The notes beneath the pieces were generated by a model that was not told the DNA's origin, made no database searches, and saw only the letters and a program-made list of their open reading frames with translations. From positions 1-64,000 of the IMG/VR virus record IMGVR_UViG_3300044641_003190: 64,000 nucleotides of DNA. The stretch is one strand, 5' to 3'. The position numbers were made by a program, and so were the translations under genes. Shown in pieces: positions 24,585 to 34,697 of this stretch. Source of the stretch: a virus. The stretch's first letter is position 1; every line of letters starts with the position of its first letter.

Positions 24585-25553
24585 TTATAATTCTTTATCT
24601 AGGGTTAACCAAGATTGTATAAATTTATCTAAAGAATACTTTTCATTCATAAGTTCTGACTGATTTCCTGGGTTATAATTACCAGATCTTATCAGGCTTA
24701 TTGACTTAGATAGATTTTCCGTAAGTATGTCTTGATGCTTTTTATAATCATCTTCATAGTCGTATGATATTCCTATACCAGAGCCTATTTCTTCAAGGGC
24801 ACCTAATTTAGGATATATTGTCACCATATTGGCAGAAATAGCTTCTACAAGAGAGATACAAAAAGTTTCTTTGTAGATTGATGGGTAAGCAAAAATATGT
24901 GACTCCTTTAGAAGAGTTAATACCTCACGCTTAGATACCCTTCCATGATACTTTATGCCAGGATGATTGATATTTGAAGCATTTCCATGTTCATCAAATA
25001 AGCCAGGAACTCCATTACCAAGTATATTAAGTGTTATATTTTTATCACCTAGCTCAACAATTGAGTTCAACAATATTGTTAAACCTCTTTCTCCCCCTGA
25101 AGTCCATAAGAGCTTAACATTGTCTACATCATTAAACTTTTCCAGATCCTTTTCAACTGGGTCAAAAGTGTTGTGTATTACATGGACTAGGTTCTCATCG
25201 ATCCCTATTTCCTTTATTATTTCATTTTTATGCCATTCAGAAACTGCAATTATTTTCTTTACCTTTTTAATAAATTTATGTGACCTCATTAGAGTTAGGG
25301 TCTCGTAGCTAAATTGGGATGGTAGGTTATGTACCCACATGATAATTTCTTTATCCTCATTATCAACATATTCCTGTAAAAGATTATTTCTACAACCAGG
25401 GACTATTACACAGTTATACTTTTTTATATTATTCATTTTATCTAAAACATGGTTATGGAACTTTAAACCCATTCTTTCTGTTCCGCCATTTAATATAGGG
25501 TTATACTCGAATATATCTGGTACCTCATTTATCATCTTTGGCTGACTCCTCAT
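24585..25553 (-). CDS. Glycosyltransferase, GT-B/GT4-like
   Basis: GGTE, AVSEWHK, ERGL and YPSIYKETFCISLVEA (E-x7-E). Confidence 0.85.
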   Translation of the reverse strand: MRSQPKMINEVPDIFEYNPILNGGTERMGLKFHNHVLDKMNNIKKYNCVIVPGCRNNLLQEYVDNEDKEIIMWVHNLPSQFSYETLTLMRSHKFIKKVKKIIAVSEWHKNEIIKEIGIDENLVHVIHNTFDPVEKDLEKFNDVDNVKLLWTSGGERGLTILLNSIVELGDKNITLNILGNGVPGLFDEHGNASNINHPGIKYHGRVSKREVLTLLKESHIFAYPSIYKETFCISLVEAISANMVTIYPKLGALEEIGSGIGISYDYEDDYKKHQDILTENLSKSISLIRSGNYNPGNQSELMNEKYSLDKFIQSWLTLDKEL

Positions 25554-25746
25554 TATTATTGTTATTGTTATCTAGATTCATCTGCTTTACATATTTTTCA
25601 AGCATGTTCGCAGCTCTCTGGGATTGTCTTTTTTTACTAGAAGGCTTGGTAGAAAAATGAGAGTTGCTAGACTTTTTCTTTCTTTTCTTATTTTTATCGC
25701 TTCTTTTAGAAGCCCTAATAGATTTATTTTTATTATTTTTTTTCAT
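25525..25746 (-). CDS. Small highly basic protein
   Basis: Lys/Arg-rich N-terminal half, poly-Asn tract; TAATG-coupled to the upstream GT. Confidence 0.6.
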   Translation of the reverse strand: MKKNNKNKSIRASKRSDKNKKRKKKSSNSHFSTKPSSKKRQSQRAANMLEKYVKQMNLDNNNNNNEESAKDDK

Positions 25747-26420
25747 TATGGTCTCGCAATCTCAAATCCAACTGATTTGTGGTGTTTAACTATTACTGAG
25801 GAATCCATCCATATTTCAAACCCAGCATCATTTATCTTAGAGCAAAATCCTATATCCTCTGAACCATTTCTTCTATCAAAATAGTTGCCATCTTTATCTA
25901 AAAACTTTATGTATGGATTCCAAAACCATGGCTTTTCTAGTTTTTCTACTATTCCAGACTTCAAGCACATAAACCCCATGCCAGATGCCCAGATTTTTTG
26001 CATAGACCCACCACATTCATAAATCTCTTCTGGAGACATCAAGGTATAGTCTACTTCCCTATCCTTAATAATAGCAGCCTTATTCTTAAATACTACTGGG
26101 TATACCCCAGTTGTTACATCTTTTTCGGAGTTTAATATTTTTATAAAATCTTTTACTTCCCAGCTTATATCAGAGTCTATCCAAAATATCTTATCGTAGG
26201 TATATTCACCATTTCCTGGGAATGAAGAATCAACCAAACCATCATTAAGAGTTAGCTCTCTCGCCACAGAAACTATAGAGGAGTAGTTGTTTAAAAACTT
26301 CCACTTTATGTTATTTGAAGACAAGAAAGAAGTAGTCTGTAGTATGCTGTGAATATATTGGACGTCAAAAGACATTCCTGGTGTAGCAATTAAAACATCA
26401 TAATGAGGTTTTGAAGACAT
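25746..26420 (-). CDS. Glycosyltransferase, GT-A fold
   Basis: IATPG, VARE, WIDSDI, GMGFMCL, SEDIGFC, HHK; paralog of 2590-3216. Confidence 0.75.
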   Translation of the reverse strand: MSSKPHYDVLIATPGMSFDVQYIHSILQTTSFLSSNNIKWKFLNNYSSIVSVARELTLNDGLVDSSFPGNGEYTYDKIFWIDSDISWEVKDFIKILNSEKDVTTGVYPVVFKNKAAIIKDREVDYTLMSPEEIYECGGSMQKIWASGMGFMCLKSGIVEKLEKPWFWNPYIKFLDKDGNYFDRRNGSEDIGFCSKINDAGFEIWMDSSVIVKHHKSVGFEIARP

Positions 26421-26531
26421 TATGGCCTTTCGTCTAGTCTATAGGTACCTATATCTTTATATATCTAGTATACCTATGTTGTTATTGCCTGTCAATCTAA
26501 TTTGGGGTATAATTGAGGTTTAGGAGAATAC

Positions 26532-28091
26532 ATGCCAAATACCAGTAAAGGGTTTCCATACCCAGTAGCAATAGATGATCCAAATATCCCAGCAGATATA
26601 CAGGCACTTGCACAGGCAATCGATACCCAGCTAAATAACTATTCACAGACAACACATACCCATACTGGGGTATATGCTACATCAGCACATAATCATGATG
26701 GCACATATTCTTTATCAGCACATGTGCACTCAAACTATTTAACATCTGCAGACCTAACTGGATATTCTCAAACAACGCATAACCATGACTCATCATATGC
26801 CACAACTGGGCACACCCACTCAACATTTATATCAACATCACTAATTAGTTCTACAAAAGGCTCCATGCCCGTTGGGACTGGAACTGGTGTTTCTACAATA
26901 ACTCCAGGAGCAAATGATTACGCTTTGTTATCAGATAGCAGCACCGCCACAGGATTAAAGTGGGCATCTCTTGCAGCCGTTGGAACAGTAATACCTAATA
27001 CATTTTCTAGCATAGCGGTTTCTGGACAGACTACAGTTTCTGCAGATCAACAGGCAGATACCCTGACATTAACTGCTGGCTCTAACATATCATTAACCAC
27101 AAACAATACTACAAATACGGTAACTATTACTGGAAGTAATTCTGGAGTAACAACACACGAAGCGGCAGCAGATCCACACCCACAATATTTAACAACAGCA
27201 GAGGCAAGCTCTGTGTATGAACAAATTGGAGCGGCATCACTAGCACAAACTGCAGCGGCAGCATATACAGATACAGCAATATCAAACTTAGTTAACTCAG
27301 CACCAACAACACTAAATACATTAAAGGAATTATCTGATGCTTTAGGAGGGGACGCTGCTTTTGCAACAACTGTAACAAATTCTATTGCAGCTAAGGCACC
27401 AATAGCATCTCCAACGTTTACTGGAACGGTAGCTGGTATTACCAAATCAATGGTAGGACTTGGAAATGTAGATAATACTACAGACGCCCTTAAACCAATT
27501 TCAACTGCTACCCAGACAGCACTTGATACCAAGCTTTCGTCTTCAACAGCTTCAACAACATATGCTCCAATTGCCTCACCTACTTTTACAGGGACAGTAT
27601 CTGGTATTACAAAATCTATGGTTGGGTTATCAAACGTTGACGATACTACCGATGCCAATAAGCCAATTTCAACCGCAACACAAACAGCATTAGATGCAAA
27701 AGCACCTCTGGCAAGCCCCACATTTACTGGTACGGTATCAGCCTCTACTGTATCTGTTAGTGGAAATTTAATATCACATATAACAATCAATCCACAAACA
27801 GCATCATATATTCTAGACATATCTGATGATGGAAAGATAGTTGAAATGTCTGTTTCAGCAGGAAATACAGTTACTATTCCACCTTCTAGCTCTCAAAATT
27901 TTACAGTTGGATCACAGATTATAATAGTACAATCTGGAACTGGTAAAACAACAATACAGCAGGGCTCTGGAGTAACAATAAATTCAAGAGGTAATGTAGC
28001 AACAGCTCCAGAACTTGCAGGACAATGGGCATCATGCGTTTTAATATACCGTGGTTCCAATAGTTGGCTAGTTACTGGAGACATTGCATGA
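26532..28091 (+). CDS. Tail fibre protein
   Basis: HxH repeats, DPHPQY, LNTLKELSDALG, tandem ITKSMVGL.NVD.T.D..KP repeats. Confidence 0.8.
   Translation: MPNTSKGFPYPVAIDDPNIPADIQALAQAIDTQLNNYSQTTHTHTGVYATSAHNHDGTYSLSAHVHSNYLTSADLTGYSQTTHNHDSSYATTGHTHSTFISTSLISSTKGSMPVGTGTGVSTITPGANDYALLSDSSTATGLKWASLAAVGTVIPNTFSSIAVSGQTTVSADQQADTLTLTAGSNISLTTNNTTNTVTITGSNSGVTTHEAAADPHPQYLTTAEASSVYEQIGAASLAQTAAAAYTDTAISNLVNSAPTTLNTLKELSDALGGDAAFATTVTNSIAAKAPIASPTFTGTVAGITKSMVGLGNVDNTTDALKPISTATQTALDTKLSSSTASTTYAPIASPTFTGTVSGITKSMVGLSNVDDTTDANKPISTATQTALDAKAPLASPTFTGTVSASTVSVSGNLISHITINPQTASYILDISDDGKIVEMSVSAGNTVTIPPSSSQNFTVGSQIIIVQSGTGKTTIQQGSGVTINSRGNVATAPELAGQWASCVLIYRGSNSWLVTGDIA
27396..27740 (+). repeat. 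Intragenic tandem repeat (two full units and one partial)
   Basis: APxASPTFTGTV units start at 27396, 27564 and 27702. Confidence 0.85.
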
Positions 28092-29680
28092 AGCCAGCCT
28101 TACTAGGAGCATTATCTAAAAAACACGGAGTTGCAATTCTAGCAACTGGTGAAAATATATTAACAACATACAATGGTTATGTTTATCACACTTTTACATC
28201 TTCTGGAACACTAGCAGTTGCAGCACCAGTCACAGCAGAAGTTTTAACAATTAGCGGTGGTGGAGCTGGTGGAATGCACCACTCAACACTATACAATACA
28301 TATGGCGGTGGAGCAGGGGGAGTTATTTATACTTCATCTACATCACTTACACCAGGAAACTATATTGTTACTGTTGGTAGCGGAGGCTCAACATCATATA
28401 CAACAGTTGGCGTAAGAGGTGGTAATGGCACTGGATCTACGTTTGGTTCATTGGGTGGCCCAATTGGTGGTGGCGGTGGTGGTTCAAGTAGCGGGTTAAG
28501 CGCATACGGTGGTACTAATTCTCAAGATGGTTCAACTGGACAAAATGGTGGCTCTGGTGGTGGAGGTTCTCCTGCTGGCTCAGCAACAATAGGTGGTCAG
28601 GGTAATAACGGAGGACTTGGTGGTGGAGGTGGAGCAGGATCTTCAGCAACATCAACTTCTCCTGGAAATGGAACAACATTATATGCAGACTGGGCATTAG
28701 CAAGTCAAAGAGGAGTCAATTCATTTTTTGCATCTGGTGGAGGATCATCTGATTACATAACAGTGACTGGCGGAGGTGGTTCTGGTGGTGGACCTGCACC
28801 ATGGGGAGGTGCTGGAGTTGCTGGATCAATTAATACAGGTTCTGGTGGCGGAGGAAGCGGAAAAAACCAAGATCAATACATAGGTGCTGGCCAGGGTGGA
28901 TCTGGAATAGTTATAGTTAGATATCCTGGATCAAATCCAAATGCTACTGTAGTAACTGCACCATCTGGAATTCCTACAAATACTTCTATACCAACAATAA
29001 GTGGAAGCGCATCAAGTGGATCAACTTTATCTAAATCATCTGATGGTTCATGGACTGGATCACCAACTTCGTTTGAATATAAATGGCAATACTCAAATGA
29101 TGGAACATATTGGGGAGACAGAAATTCATGGGGATCATATTCAGATCGTACAATAGCAGCAAATAGCGTACAGTATTACCCTTGGCAATATTTTACAATG
29201 TATCCAAATAGAACATCATCATCTAACTCATTTCCACAATTTATGCAGGGCTCATCAGATCAAGGTTTGTACTACAGACTTGCAGTAAGAGCTATAAATT
29301 CTAACGGAACATCTGAGCCAGCATATTCATCATCGATAGGTCAAATACCATCAATTCCAATTTACACAGGAGGATCTTCTTGGGTAGGATCACTATCCTC
29401 TGGTTCAACAGGCTACGCCTCATTTGCAGGATGGTCAACCAGTTCACCTCAATGGATATTCCAATATTTTTATTCACCAACACCAACAGGATCACAAACC
29501 TTTACTCAAATTGGTGCTACCGATGCAAGTGGTAACACTTTGCCAGGCTGGACAAATGGAAGAAATTATACTATTCCATCAGCAGCTAGATTTAATTATT
29601 TAGGTGTAGTACTATTTCCAATAGGTGGTAGTGTTTCTGGTGGTTCTGGTCCAAGAATAAATTTGGGGTACGTACCATGA
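28088..29680 (+). CDS. Glycine-rich plus Ig-like fibre/adhesin
   Basis: YHTFTSSGT...GGSGIVIVRYP domain, then PTNTSIPTISG...W..SPTSFEYKWQ; start at the ATGA overlap 28088. Confidence 0.75.
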   Translation: MKPALLGALSKKHGVAILATGENILTTYNGYVYHTFTSSGTLAVAAPVTAEVLTISGGGAGGMHHSTLYNTYGGGAGGVIYTSSTSLTPGNYIVTVGSGGSTSYTTVGVRGGNGTGSTFGSLGGPIGGGGGGSSSGLSAYGGTNSQDGSTGQNGGSGGGGSPAGSATIGGQGNNGGLGGGGGAGSSATSTSPGNGTTLYADWALASQRGVNSFFASGGGSSDYITVTGGGGSGGGPAPWGGAGVAGSINTGSGGGGSGKNQDQYIGAGQGGSGIVIVRYPGSNPNATVVTAPSGIPTNTSIPTISGSASSGSTLSKSSDGSWTGSPTSFEYKWQYSNDGTYWGDRNSWGSYSDRTIAANSVQYYPWQYFTMYPNRTSSSNSFPQFMQGSSDQGLYYRLAVRAINSNGTSEPAYSSSIGQIPSIPIYTGGSSWVGSLSSGSTGYASFAGWSTSSPQWIFQYFYSPTPTGSQTFTQIGATDASGNTLPGWTNGRNYTIPSAARFNYLGVVLFPIGGSVSGGSGPRINLGYVP

Positions 29681-29880
29681 TAGACAAAGAAGTAACTGAA
29701 ATTAAATATTCAAGTTTATTGGAGGACAGAGAAAATATGTCCATTTGGGTTTCTGAATCCGAAGGAAGACTATGGGTTGAAATTATTGATGGTCAACTTT
29801 CTGCTATAAGATATAATGAAAACGGATCTATATTAATAAAAAATAACGATGAGGATGACTGGAGGGTAGAAAATGTCTAG
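29677..29880 (+). CDS. Hypothetical protein
   Basis: ORF track, ATGA overlap. Confidence 0.65.
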   Translation: MIDKEVTEIKYSSLLEDRENMSIWVSESEGRLWVEIIDGQLSAIRYNENGSILIKNNDEDDWRVENV

Positions 29881-30262
29881 TTGGGCAGAGATTGATAATA
29901 ACAATGTTGTTCTTAGAGTGCTTGTAGGAAATGACAATCTACCAAATGAAGGTTACGACTGGTTTGTAGAAAACCTAGGAGGTACATGGATTAAGGCTTC
30001 ATATAATACATTTAGAGGAGAACATAGACTGGGTGGAGTACCACTTAGAAAAAACTTTCCATCACCAGGGTATTTGTATATTGAAAATATAGATGCATTT
30101 GTTTTGCCAAAGCCTTATAACTCATGGAGTTTAAATGAAGATACTGGCTCATGGGAATCACCAGTTCCACTTCCTGATGATGGTGGGGCATACATGTGGA
30201 ATGAAGAATTACAAAATTGGGAATTAGAAGATATACAGTATGGAGAAGAAGATGGGCTATAG
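29873..30262 (+). CDS. Conserved phage protein that commonly follows Gly-rich fibres
   Basis: WAEID.NN.VLRV, TWIKASYN, RKNF, PKPYNSW.LNE..WE.PVP. Confidence 0.7.
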   Translation: MSSWAEIDNNNVVLRVLVGNDNLPNEGYDWFVENLGGTWIKASYNTFRGEHRLGGVPLRKNFPSPGYLYIENIDAFVLPKPYNSWSLNEDTGSWESPVPLPDDGGAYMWNEELQNWELEDIQYGEEDGL

Positions 30263-32699
30263 AGAAGTAATATTAGGACAAGACCCTGTATCTTTTTGGC
30301 CATTAGATGACCAGGTTTCTTCTGGGATTGCTAAAGAGGCATCTGGTGTTGGAAATGATGGGGCCTACGTAGGTTTAATCTTTGATAAAGCTATGCCACT
30401 AGTATCAAATGGATTGTATGGAACTAGATTGTTAGACTCTACTGCAGAAATATATTATCCATGCCCAGGCGCTACTGGATCAGGAACTTCATGGTCTAAT
30501 GGAAGCATGTGGTCTGCGGGTAAAGAGTCACAAACATTCTCCGTAGAGCTATATTTTAAACTTAATGAAAATGCCTCATACCTTAATAACGAGATAGTGC
30601 TGTTTGGAAATAGAACAATTGTGCAGTCATCCTCAATGTCACAGTATCAAACATACACAGACATCATAGAAGACTTTGCAACATATACTGCCGTTCTTAA
30701 TGCTTTTCAGACATATGATCAAATATTAAATGCTAGTATATTTGCCCCATATGGAATTTACTTATACAAAAATAAAATATACTTTAGACCAGACCCAGAG
30801 GTTAACTATTATGTTTCTTATCAGGTTCCAGACTGGAACAGAAGATATCACGTTATCGCCAACTACTCACAGGGCGGAATTTCATTGATAGTTAATGGAG
30901 AGAATGTTGTTTCAAATACCACAGATGTGCTTGATACAGACTTTTCCTTTTCTTTAACAAATTCAATATTTAAGACAATAGGTAGTGATGATTATAAGCT
31001 TACGGTAGATGCCGTTGCCTTGTATAAATATAACATTAGTCAAACACGGGCCCAGGATCACCTAGACCTTTCAAGAAGAACTGTAGTAAAAAGAAATTAC
31101 TTTAACTCCAATAACCAGCTTTTTTACTCACCAAATAATTCTGAATGTATGAAGGCGTATAGCTTTACAAACAACTGGACTAACTTTAGTTTTACAAATG
31201 CGATAGTAAATGAAAAAAATAACGTAACCCTAAAGTACATATCAGACCATACGATATCTGGAACAGGATCAGCCGTATACTCTACAAACTCTAGTAGGAC
31301 TGGGCTATCACTTGGCTCAGATCAATATTTAGACATATCTCAAATAGTGGCACTCATAGAGCGTGGAACTGCTATATCAATGAGCTTTTTCCACTCCACG
31401 GTATCTCCTCAAAAAGGCCTCCTATCTCTAGAAAATTCAGAATCTTCCCAGTCCCTATTTGCCTGGATTAATTCTTCTAATCAGTTAACAATAAATTATA
31501 ACGGGTCTGCTACAGTATCTGGCACAGCACCAGTTTCTGGGTGGAACGAACTTTTAGTAGAAAACAAAACGGGGGACCTAAAGGTATACCTTAATGGAAC
31601 ATCAATATTTTCATCAATAACCAGTTTCAATAACATAACCCTTGCACATATAGGAAGAACAAACACCTTATATGCTCAATGCCCAATAACTTGGGTAGCA
31701 ATAAAGTCTGATATTAACTATAATGGAATAGTTAGTCATGTTTTATACAATCAGCCATCGGACTACATATTAAAATTACAAAACAATTTATCATGGTCTC
31801 AGCATGCATCTGTAAATGGGTCCATATACGTCCCTGCAGCCCTGTATGAGGGTTCTTTAGCTTTCTACACAGGAAGTTCCCAAAACCTTTCCGTAACCTA
31901 TAATAACGGCCTTGTATGGCCTAAGATGGGCATTCTGCCACAGATCACAAGCTCCGCTATCAATACCGTAACAGATTATGAAATCACTATTAGTTTATCT
32001 ACTGATAATTCAGAAACAGATCTACCAATCTTAACAAATATTGGACTTTATGCTTATTCAGATTCGATGAAGCGGGTCATTCCAGAAAATGGAGAAGACC
32101 TAGCGCAGATTATGAATATAGATCAATCTGTTATTTTTGACGACGACGTAGAGGTATTAGACAGAATTGATCAAGCGGGTATATGGCTTAATGGAACTTC
32201 ATATTTAAAGATACCGTCTCAATCAAAACACTCAGACTTAAATGGTTTTGACGGAACAAAGTCTATAACAATGATTTTAAAAATTAATGAAGCTCTAACT
32301 TCTGGAAAGTATATTTTAGAATCTGGTTCTAAATCCCTTTATTGGGACGGAACGGCATGGCAGTACCCAGGATTTTCAGCTATGTATGTAAATGGACAGA
32401 GCACATTTGACAATAAGGCAATAATAGATGATTGGGTACACATATCTTTAACATCAACATCAAAAATAAACGCTGGAGAATATATTTATGTAGGGTCTGA
32501 TGATGCTGGAGCAAATCAATTAAACATAACACTAGGAGCATTTTCAATGGCTGCCTATGTTTTAGACTCCGCAGATATTGAAAACGAGTACGAGATGTTT
32601 GTCGGATATCCACAAGAAGAGCTATTTACTGACACTGTAAGCCTAAATTCAATAGATATTGGCCTTATCCCATACCAAGTAGCCTGGCAAACAGCCTAA
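30252..32699 (+). CDS. LamG/concanavalin-like virion protein
   Basis: Y.EVIL..DPVSFWPLDD..A.E.SG.GN.G, FSVELYF, DAVALY; start moved to 30252 (GGAG SD). Confidence 0.7.
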   Translation: MGYREVILGQDPVSFWPLDDQVSSGIAKEASGVGNDGAYVGLIFDKAMPLVSNGLYGTRLLDSTAEIYYPCPGATGSGTSWSNGSMWSAGKESQTFSVELYFKLNENASYLNNEIVLFGNRTIVQSSSMSQYQTYTDIIEDFATYTAVLNAFQTYDQILNASIFAPYGIYLYKNKIYFRPDPEVNYYVSYQVPDWNRRYHVIANYSQGGISLIVNGENVVSNTTDVLDTDFSFSLTNSIFKTIGSDDYKLTVDAVALYKYNISQTRAQDHLDLSRRTVVKRNYFNSNNQLFYSPNNSECMKAYSFTNNWTNFSFTNAIVNEKNNVTLKYISDHTISGTGSAVYSTNSSRTGLSLGSDQYLDISQIVALIERGTAISMSFFHSTVSPQKGLLSLENSESSQSLFAWINSSNQLTINYNGSATVSGTAPVSGWNELLVENKTGDLKVYLNGTSIFSSITSFNNITLAHIGRTNTLYAQCPITWVAIKSDINYNGIVSHVLYNQPSDYILKLQNNLSWSQHASVNGSIYVPAALYEGSLAFYTGSSQNLSVTYNNGLVWPKMGILPQITSSAINTVTDYEITISLSTDNSETDLPILTNIGLYAYSDSMKRVIPENGEDLAQIMNIDQSVIFDDDVEVLDRIDQAGIWLNGTSYLKIPSQSKHSDLNGFDGTKSITMILKINEALTSGKYILESGSKSLYWDGTAWQYPGFSAMYVNGQSTFDNKAIIDDWVHISLTSTSKINAGEYIYVGSDDAGANQLNITLGAFSMAAYVLDSADIENEYEMFVGYPQEELFTDTVSLNSIDIGLIPYQVAWQTA

Positions 32700-32759
32700 A
32701 ACTACACAGTATGGTGTCATTTACTGGCACTTAATAGAAAAAGATGGTATTATAGGTTA

Positions 32760-33089
32760 ATGAAGAATTTAAAAACATCGGTAGTAGAAGAAACAACCCT
32801 AGGAGTTTTTGTCTGGGAAATGCCAGACGGTAGATGGGTGGGAGACGACAACGGTAACTATTTATCAATACAAGGATTCAAGGGAGATAGAACAAGAGTT
32901 AATGTTTTGACAGAGGTTGTTAAAGGGTATGGAATACATACTGGTAGCGCAAAGTTTTTATCTGGTCAAAGAAAAATTAATGATGAAGAATATCAGGAGC
33001 AAATACAAAGATTAAACTGGGGGCTTACTCCAGATCCACTAGATATTGGTGAGTATAAAGATAGCTTAAAGAATTTGAGGAATGACTAA
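32760..33089 (+). CDS. Conserved protein upstream of portal
   Basis: GVFVWEMPDGRWVGDD..N.LSI, GLTPDP; TAATG-coupled to the portal gene. Confidence 0.75.
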   Translation: MKNLKTSVVEETTLGVFVWEMPDGRWVGDDNGNYLSIQGFKGDRTRVNVLTEVVKGYGIHTGSAKFLSGQRKINDEEYQEQIQRLNWGLTPDPLDIGEYKDSLKNLRND

Positions 33090-34657
33090 TGTCTGATGTA
33101 GTTGACGATTCAAAAGAAATCAATGCCGTAATCTCTGGAGATTTTTTCCAAGAGAGACCTTCAGAAACTACCACCGATCCCTTTGAGGCAAAAGCAGATG
33201 ACATCTCAAAGTATAGAGGATTCTCTCCAAACTTTAAACGCAAGAACACAAGACTTTTACAAAAGTTTCAACGTGGCCAAGAGGGTGTTTCATCTAAAAG
33301 AAATGAAACAGAGCTTCTTATGGGGTACGACGTATTAGACGTTGTAACACCTCCATATAACCAAGATTATTTAGCACAGATATATGAAATATCATCCCCA
33401 CACTTTGCAGCAATAAATGCCAAGGCTTCTAACATAGTTGGATTAGGTTACGAGTTTGTTGAAACCCGTGCAACCAAGGATAGAATTTCTGAACTTTCAG
33501 AAACACAAGAAAGCCTTTCAAGATTTAGAAAAAAATTAGAAAGATTAAAAGAAGACCTAGCAGTTCAGTTAGAGTCTATGAACGAAGAAGATACCTTTAC
33601 AGAAATTCTAAGCAGAGTGTATATTGACTATGAGGCTACTGGAAATGGGTATATTGAAATTGGTAGAAAAGTAAACGGAGAGATCGGATACATTGGTCAT
33701 ATTCCAGCAAGAACAATGCGTGTTCGTAAGCAGAGAGATGGCTTTGTTCAGATAGTATCCAACCTAGTTGTATTCTTTAGAAATTTTGGGGACTCAGAAA
33801 CAGAGAATCCAATTGGAGATGACACAAGACCAAATGAAGTTATACACATTAAAAAATACACGCCAAACAACTCATTTTATGGGGTTCCAGACGTAATCCC
33901 AGCAAAAACAGCATTAGCTGGAGACGAGTTTGCTTCAAGATTCAACCTAGACTACTTTGAAAATAAAGCAGTGCCTAGATATATTATTACAGTCAAGGGC
34001 GCAACCTTAAGTAGGGATGCAGAAAGAAAACTATTAGAGTTTTTCCAAACAAACTTAAAGGGAAAGAATCATAGATCTTTATACATACCACTACCAGCGG
34101 ATGACGAAGGTAATAAAGTAGAGTTTAAAATGGAAGCCGTAGAGTCTGGTGTACAGGATTCATCATTTAATAATTATAGAAAAATGAACAGAGATGAAAT
34201 TCTAATTGCACACAGAGTTCCAGTATCAAAGATAGGACTGCCAGAAGGCGTGTCACTTGCCGCTGCTAAGGATGCAGATAAAACATTTAAAGAGCAGGTT
34301 GCAAGACCAGCACAAAGAAATCTAGAGAAAAAAATAAATAGATTAATCGGCGAGCTTACCGACGCTTTTGTTTTAAAGTTTAATGAACTAACTTTAACTG
34401 ATGAGGATACCCAATCAAAGATTGATGAAAGGTACCTGAGAATGAAGGTCATTGTTCCAAATGAAGTTCGTGCTAGACTTGGTATGGCTGGAAGATCTGG
34501 TGGCGATGACCCAGTTCAGTTAACTGGACAACAGGCTGCTGATCAAACAGCGAGGGCTACTGCTAATCGTAATAGAGATCAACAGAGAACAGCAAATGCA
34601 ACTGATTCAAACGATGGTGCAAGAAATCCTCAAGGTGAAGGGCGTAATACGCCCTGA
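33089..34657 (+). CDS. Portal protein
   Basis: TGNGYIEI, HIPA.TMR, NEVIHIK, FYGVPD, FEN.A.P, I..AHRVP, PNEVRARLG. Confidence 0.9.
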   Translation: MSDVVDDSKEINAVISGDFFQERPSETTTDPFEAKADDISKYRGFSPNFKRKNTRLLQKFQRGQEGVSSKRNETELLMGYDVLDVVTPPYNQDYLAQIYEISSPHFAAINAKASNIVGLGYEFVETRATKDRISELSETQESLSRFRKKLERLKEDLAVQLESMNEEDTFTEILSRVYIDYEATGNGYIEIGRKVNGEIGYIGHIPARTMRVRKQRDGFVQIVSNLVVFFRNFGDSETENPIGDDTRPNEVIHIKKYTPNNSFYGVPDVIPAKTALAGDEFASRFNLDYFENKAVPRYIITVKGATLSRDAERKLLEFFQTNLKGKNHRSLYIPLPADDEGNKVEFKMEAVESGVQDSSFNNYRKMNRDEILIAHRVPVSKIGLPEGVSLAAAKDADKTFKEQVARPAQRNLEKKINRLIGELTDAFVLKFNELTLTDEDTQSKIDERYLRMKVIVPNEVRARLGMAGRSGGDDPVQLTGQQAADQTARATANRNRDQQRTANATDSNDGARNPQGEGRNTP

Positions 34658-34697
34658 TTTTGTATTTTCATAAAAACGTTGCTAAAATAGGTACACC

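Noticed and set aside
27047-27820. 257-aa minus-strand ORF, and similar ones at 35411-36001 and 42607-43467
   Set aside because: Antisense to well-supported structural genes rich in GCA/ACA codons
11753-32699. Diversity-generating retroelement acting on fibre genes
   Set aside because: No reverse transcriptase seen and no template/variable repeat pair differing only at adenines; the shared modules differ at all bases
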